64,000 nt of DNA, from contig OY969585.1 of the NCBI GenBank assembly GCA_963701295.1, forward strand, positions 384,001-448,000, read 5' to 3'. Source of the DNA: Ignavibacteriota bacterium. Its GTDB lineage: Bacteria > Bacteroidota > Ignavibacteria > UBA10030. The notes beneath the pieces were generated by a model. The model had not been told where the DNA came from. It worked only from the letters and a program-made list of their open reading frames with translations, and ran no database searches. Below are positions 61,109 through 64,000 of this stretch, in pieces (positions within the stretch are counted from its first letter, which is position 1; each line of letters begins with the position of its first letter). Position numbers and translations under genes: made by a program.

Positions 61109-61729
61109 TCATTTCTTTGTGGAAAGTGTTTCTGCTACTTGTTGATAAATCAATTCATGGATATCGTCGATGGGTTGTAATCCGTTAATAATGCGATATC
61201 GTGATCCATTTTTCGCAATTTGGAGATATCCTTCACGGACTCGTTCATAGAACTCTATGCCGCTGGACTCCATCCGATCTTTATTGGTCTTAGCTGTTGA
61301 CATGCGTTTTTCAATCTCTCGAATCGGGATATCGAGGAAGAAAGTCAGTTCTGGTGCAAGACCACCTGTTGCGTACCGATTAATTGTTTGAATAACATCG
61401 AGCTCAATTCCACGGCCATAACCCTGATAAGCTGTTGTGGAATCGTAATAACGATCACATAACACCACCATGCCGCCTTCCAATGCAGGCAGCACAACTT
61501 CCTGTATCAGTTGTGAACGACTTGCGGAAAACAGGAACAATTCGCTCGCTTCACTCATTCCTGTATTGGTTTTATCAAGCAGTATCTTGCGTACTTTCTC
61601 GCCAATTTCTGTGCCGCCCGGTTCTCGCAACACAAGTACATGATGATCCTGTAGCGTCAAGCGATCCGAAAGCAGTTGCACCTGGGTTGATTTCCCAGAA
61701 TAATCGAGACCTTCAAAAGTAATAAGCAT
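61109..61729 (-). CDS. tmk: Thymidylate kinase
   Basis: FEGLDYSGKSTQ, REPGGT, DRYYDSTTAYQG, DRME. Confidence 0.96.
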   Translation of the reverse strand: MLITFEGLDYSGKSTQVQLLSDRLTLQDHHVLVLREPGGTEIGEKVRKILLDKTNTGMSEASELFLFSASRSQLIQEVVLPALEGGMVVLCDRYYDSTTAYQGYGRGIELDVIQTINRYATGGLAPELTFFLDIPIREIEKRMSTAKTNKDRMESSGIEFYERVREGYLQIAKNGSRYRIINGLQPIDDIHELIYQQVAETLSTKK

Positions 61730-62132
61730 GGGACCTGGTGGGATGATTAAATTGTGATTGGTGATTTAAAATTTCTTTGCGTGCCTTTTTGCTTCGCTTT
61801 CTGAGTTTCTATATTCTTGCTTCTCTCTTCTGTTTGTTAAAAATACTCAAATTCGTTCTGTTATGCAATCGACCAAAGTACATCTATTGAGTCTGATGTA
61901 ATCTTCATTTAGAAAGTTCGCTCCATTTCTCATGAACCAACAGTTCTATTGGATTATCCTTGGGGTATTTATGTCGTGAAACACTATAGGCAAAAACGAG
62001 AATCGACAAGAACATCTTGCGCCGGATAACAGCATAAATAAAAAATCCTTTTAGTTAACATGAATATTTTCTATTATGAATTATAGCCATATAAAAAAAC
62101 AGCTTTCATTGTGTATTTGATTGGGGGAGAAC

Positions 62133-62399
62133 ATGCCATTGTGGTTTATGTTGACTGGAAACGAACCAGAGAAACTACAAGAGACTTTCCTAGACTTTTT
62201 TTTCAGCCATAACTTTCCTCAAGGCGTGGCATTGTGGAAATGGAAAAGATCATGTTGGATATGTTCACCAGAAAAATTCAGGCAGGAAATTCTTATCGCC
62301 TTTACAGGGTACGGAGTAATTGAATTCTCATCTGCACCCTCTTCCACTGACATAGAATTCATGAGTGGCGACGCTACTTCACTTACCCTCGCTTCATAA
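62133..62399 (+). CDS. Hypothetical protein (88 aa)
   Basis: SD GGGGAG just before ATG 62133; fills an intergenic gap; no recognised motif. Confidence 0.55.
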   Translation: MPLWFMLTGNEPEKLQETFLDFFFSHNFPQGVALWKWKRSCWICSPEKFRQEILIAFTGYGVIEFSSAPSSTDIEFMSGDATSLTLAS

Positions 62400-62548
62400 T
62401 AGTACTCGATTCATACCGATAATTGATTTTCTCTTCCAGTGCATTATTTTCTTGAATCAAATCGTCTGATTGGTTCAGGTTTTCTTGCTCCTCTCAACAA
62501 TTTTCACTACCATACAACAGAAACTGAAGCGGTGACTAATTCCGTAGG

Positions 62549-63214
62549 ATGCCGAAAGCACAAAAGAAACATATCCCGCCACCCTCCCTCTCTTCTTCTC
62601 CCAAAGCGTTATATGCCATCGAGCAGAGACGTCTTGAATCGCGGGAAGAGGATTCTATGCTCATCAACCGCGCACTCTCAGGAGATCAAAAAGCATTTCA
62701 CAAGCTACGCTTGAAATATTATGACGCTATCTTCAAACTTATTAATCGAATGATCCGCAACCGTGAAGAAGTGGAAGATTTGACACAGGAAGCGTTCATC
62801 AAGGCGTTCACATCGCTCAATAGATTCGATAATCAGTACTCGTTTTCGACATGGCTCTACAAGATTGCAACAAATAATTCCATCGACCATATCCGTAAAA
62901 AAAAGCTACAAACGTTTTCCATCAACAAAACTATCGAGTCGGATGAGAGCGATTATTCATTCGAATTGCCTGATACAGATCTTGAACCTGATCAAGAATT
63001 GATCGCTTCTCAACGCAAGAAAATGCTGGATGAGGCGATAAACTCGCTTCCACCAAAGTATCGGCAAGTCATTCTTATGCGCCATGTAGATGAAAAAGAA
63101 TATCAGGAAATTGCCAAAACGCTGAATCTCCCGCTCGGCACCATTAAGGCCCACATTTTCCGCGCCCGCGAACTATTGTACAAGCAGCTCCGAGATAAAA
63201 TGCGTCATTATTGA
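62549..63214 (+). CDS. ECF RNA polymerase sigma factor (RpoE/SigW-like)
   Basis: EDLTQEAFIKA, FSTWLYKIATN..ID, LPPKYR, YQEIA..L..PLGTIK..IFRAR. Confidence 0.94.
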   Translation: MPKAQKKHIPPPSLSSSPKALYAIEQRRLESREEDSMLINRALSGDQKAFHKLRLKYYDAIFKLINRMIRNREEVEDLTQEAFIKAFTSLNRFDNQYSFSTWLYKIATNNSIDHIRKKKLQTFSINKTIESDESDYSFELPDTDLEPDQELIASQRKKMLDEAINSLPPKYRQVILMRHVDEKEYQEIAKTLNLPLGTIKAHIFRARELLYKQLRDKMRHY

Positions 63215-63222
63215 ACATGTAC

Positions 63223-63249
63223 GCAACTTTCTGAGCGTTCTTTCCGTAA
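63223..63249 (+). promoter_or_regulatory. Candidate ECF-sigma promoter
   Basis: GCAAC-17 bp-CGTAA (AAC...CGT pattern), about 30 nt before ATG 63281. Confidence 0.5.
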
Positions 63250-63280
63250 GAATAAGTGAAACCATGGGAATAGGTGTACG

Positions 63281-64000
63281 ATGAAAAACTCTAAATTCTT
63301 TCGACTTATTCTCCTCTTTGGTACTGCATGTACCGTTGTACTCTGTACATATGCACGTCAGACGAAACACCGCGAATTTAGCCGTACGCATGAAAAAGAG
63401 GTACGGGTTATTCTTGATATTTCTTTTGGGAGCATCACAATCGAGCGAGGCGAAACGGACAAAATCGCTGTGGTCGATTATGATGAGGAAGAATCAAATA
63501 TGCAGAAGTTGTACATCTCGTATGATATCTCTCATGAATCAGGAACGTTGCACATCAAGTTGAAAGAATCAACTCACTTCTGGGGCGATGATGAGGACAG
63601 TAAAGGACATCATAACCATCTCGACATTAAATTAGGTAATGCTGTTCCAATTTCTTTTGAAATAGAATTGGGAGCAGGCAAAGGTGAAATCGATCTTACC
63701 GATTTACAAGTTAAAGAATTCAATATTTCGACAGGCGCCAGCAGTGTAACAATGGAGTGTGGAAAACCCAATCCCATTTCTGCCGATAACATTTCTATCG
63801 AGTCGGGTGTAAGTAAGTTTACAGCGATGGATCTCGGTAATTTGAATTTTCGCAATTTAAAATTTAGTGGAGGTGTAGGATCCTATAAACTTGACTTCAA
63901 TGGTAAATTTCGTCAGAGCGCCGAAGTACAAATTGAAGTCGGCCTCGGTTCGATCAATGTCTATGTTCCAAAATCTATTCCCGCCAAGTTGGTCTACGAT
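63281..64000 (+). CDS. Exported toast-rack/LiaF-like beta-solenoid protein (3' end runs off the window)
   Basis: Not in the ORF track because there is no stop in the window. MKNSKFFRLILLFGTACTVVLCTYA signal peptide, then repeats ELGAGKGEIDL, STGASSVTM, SGGVGSYKLDF, EVGLGSINVYVP. Confidence 0.75.
   Translation, partial: MKNSKFFRLILLFGTACTVVLCTYARQTKHREFSRTHEKEVRVILDISFGSITIERGETDKIAVVDYDEEESNMQKLYISYDISHESGTLHIKLKESTHFWGDDEDSKGHHNHLDIKLGNAVPISFEIELGAGKGEIDLTDLQVKEFNISTGASSVTMECGKPNPISADNISIESGVSKFTAMDLGNLNFRNLKFSGGVGSYKLDFNGKFRQSAEVQIEVGLGSINVYVPKSIPAKLVYD

Overview
A gene-dense, mostly housekeeping window from a bacterium that is most likely in the Ignavibacteria/Chlorobi group. That is an inference from an RNase P RNA lacking P18, an 11-subunit complex I operon, and sigma70-type -35/-10 promoters with Shine-Dalgarno sites. 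Contents in order: (1) a minus-strand run of guaB, Xaa-Pro peptidase, GT4, purD, epimerase, meaB and a fused membrane/spermidine-synthase-like gene; (2) a kinase-less signalling cluster (sigma54 activator, single REC, REC-DHp); (3) nif3, zinc ribbon, RNase HI, rnpB, recJ, yebC, ruvCAB, a Ycf48-like double propeller and mpg; (4) uvrA, DUF58, a TPR lipoprotein and a frameshifted rsmB-like gene; (5) the chaperone cluster hsp20-hsp20-dnaK-clpB; (6) M28 peptidase, birA, coaX and a second REC-DHp-like protein; (7) nuoABCDHIJKLMN without nuoEFG; (8) a hybrid kinase and a PduO-type adenosyltransferase; (9) a decaying accessory patch (frameshifted ABC transporter, pabB relic, membrane-protein pseudogene, HTH-less LacI domain); (10) S41 protease, tmk, an ECF sigma and a toast-rack protein. 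No CRISPR array, transposase, integrase, rRNA or intact tRNA was seen. The most unusual signals are an oversized RNase P RNA with hairpins inserted in its specificity domain, a NuoL whose lateral-helix motif is duplicated around two extra hydrophobic segments, small palindromes and short tandem repeats sitting in-frame inside nuoC, uvrA and mpg, a pair of ATPase-less REC-DHp proteins (one lacking the His), and a promoter-leader-terminator unit directly in front of nif3. All family assignments are by eye from motifs; no database searches were run.
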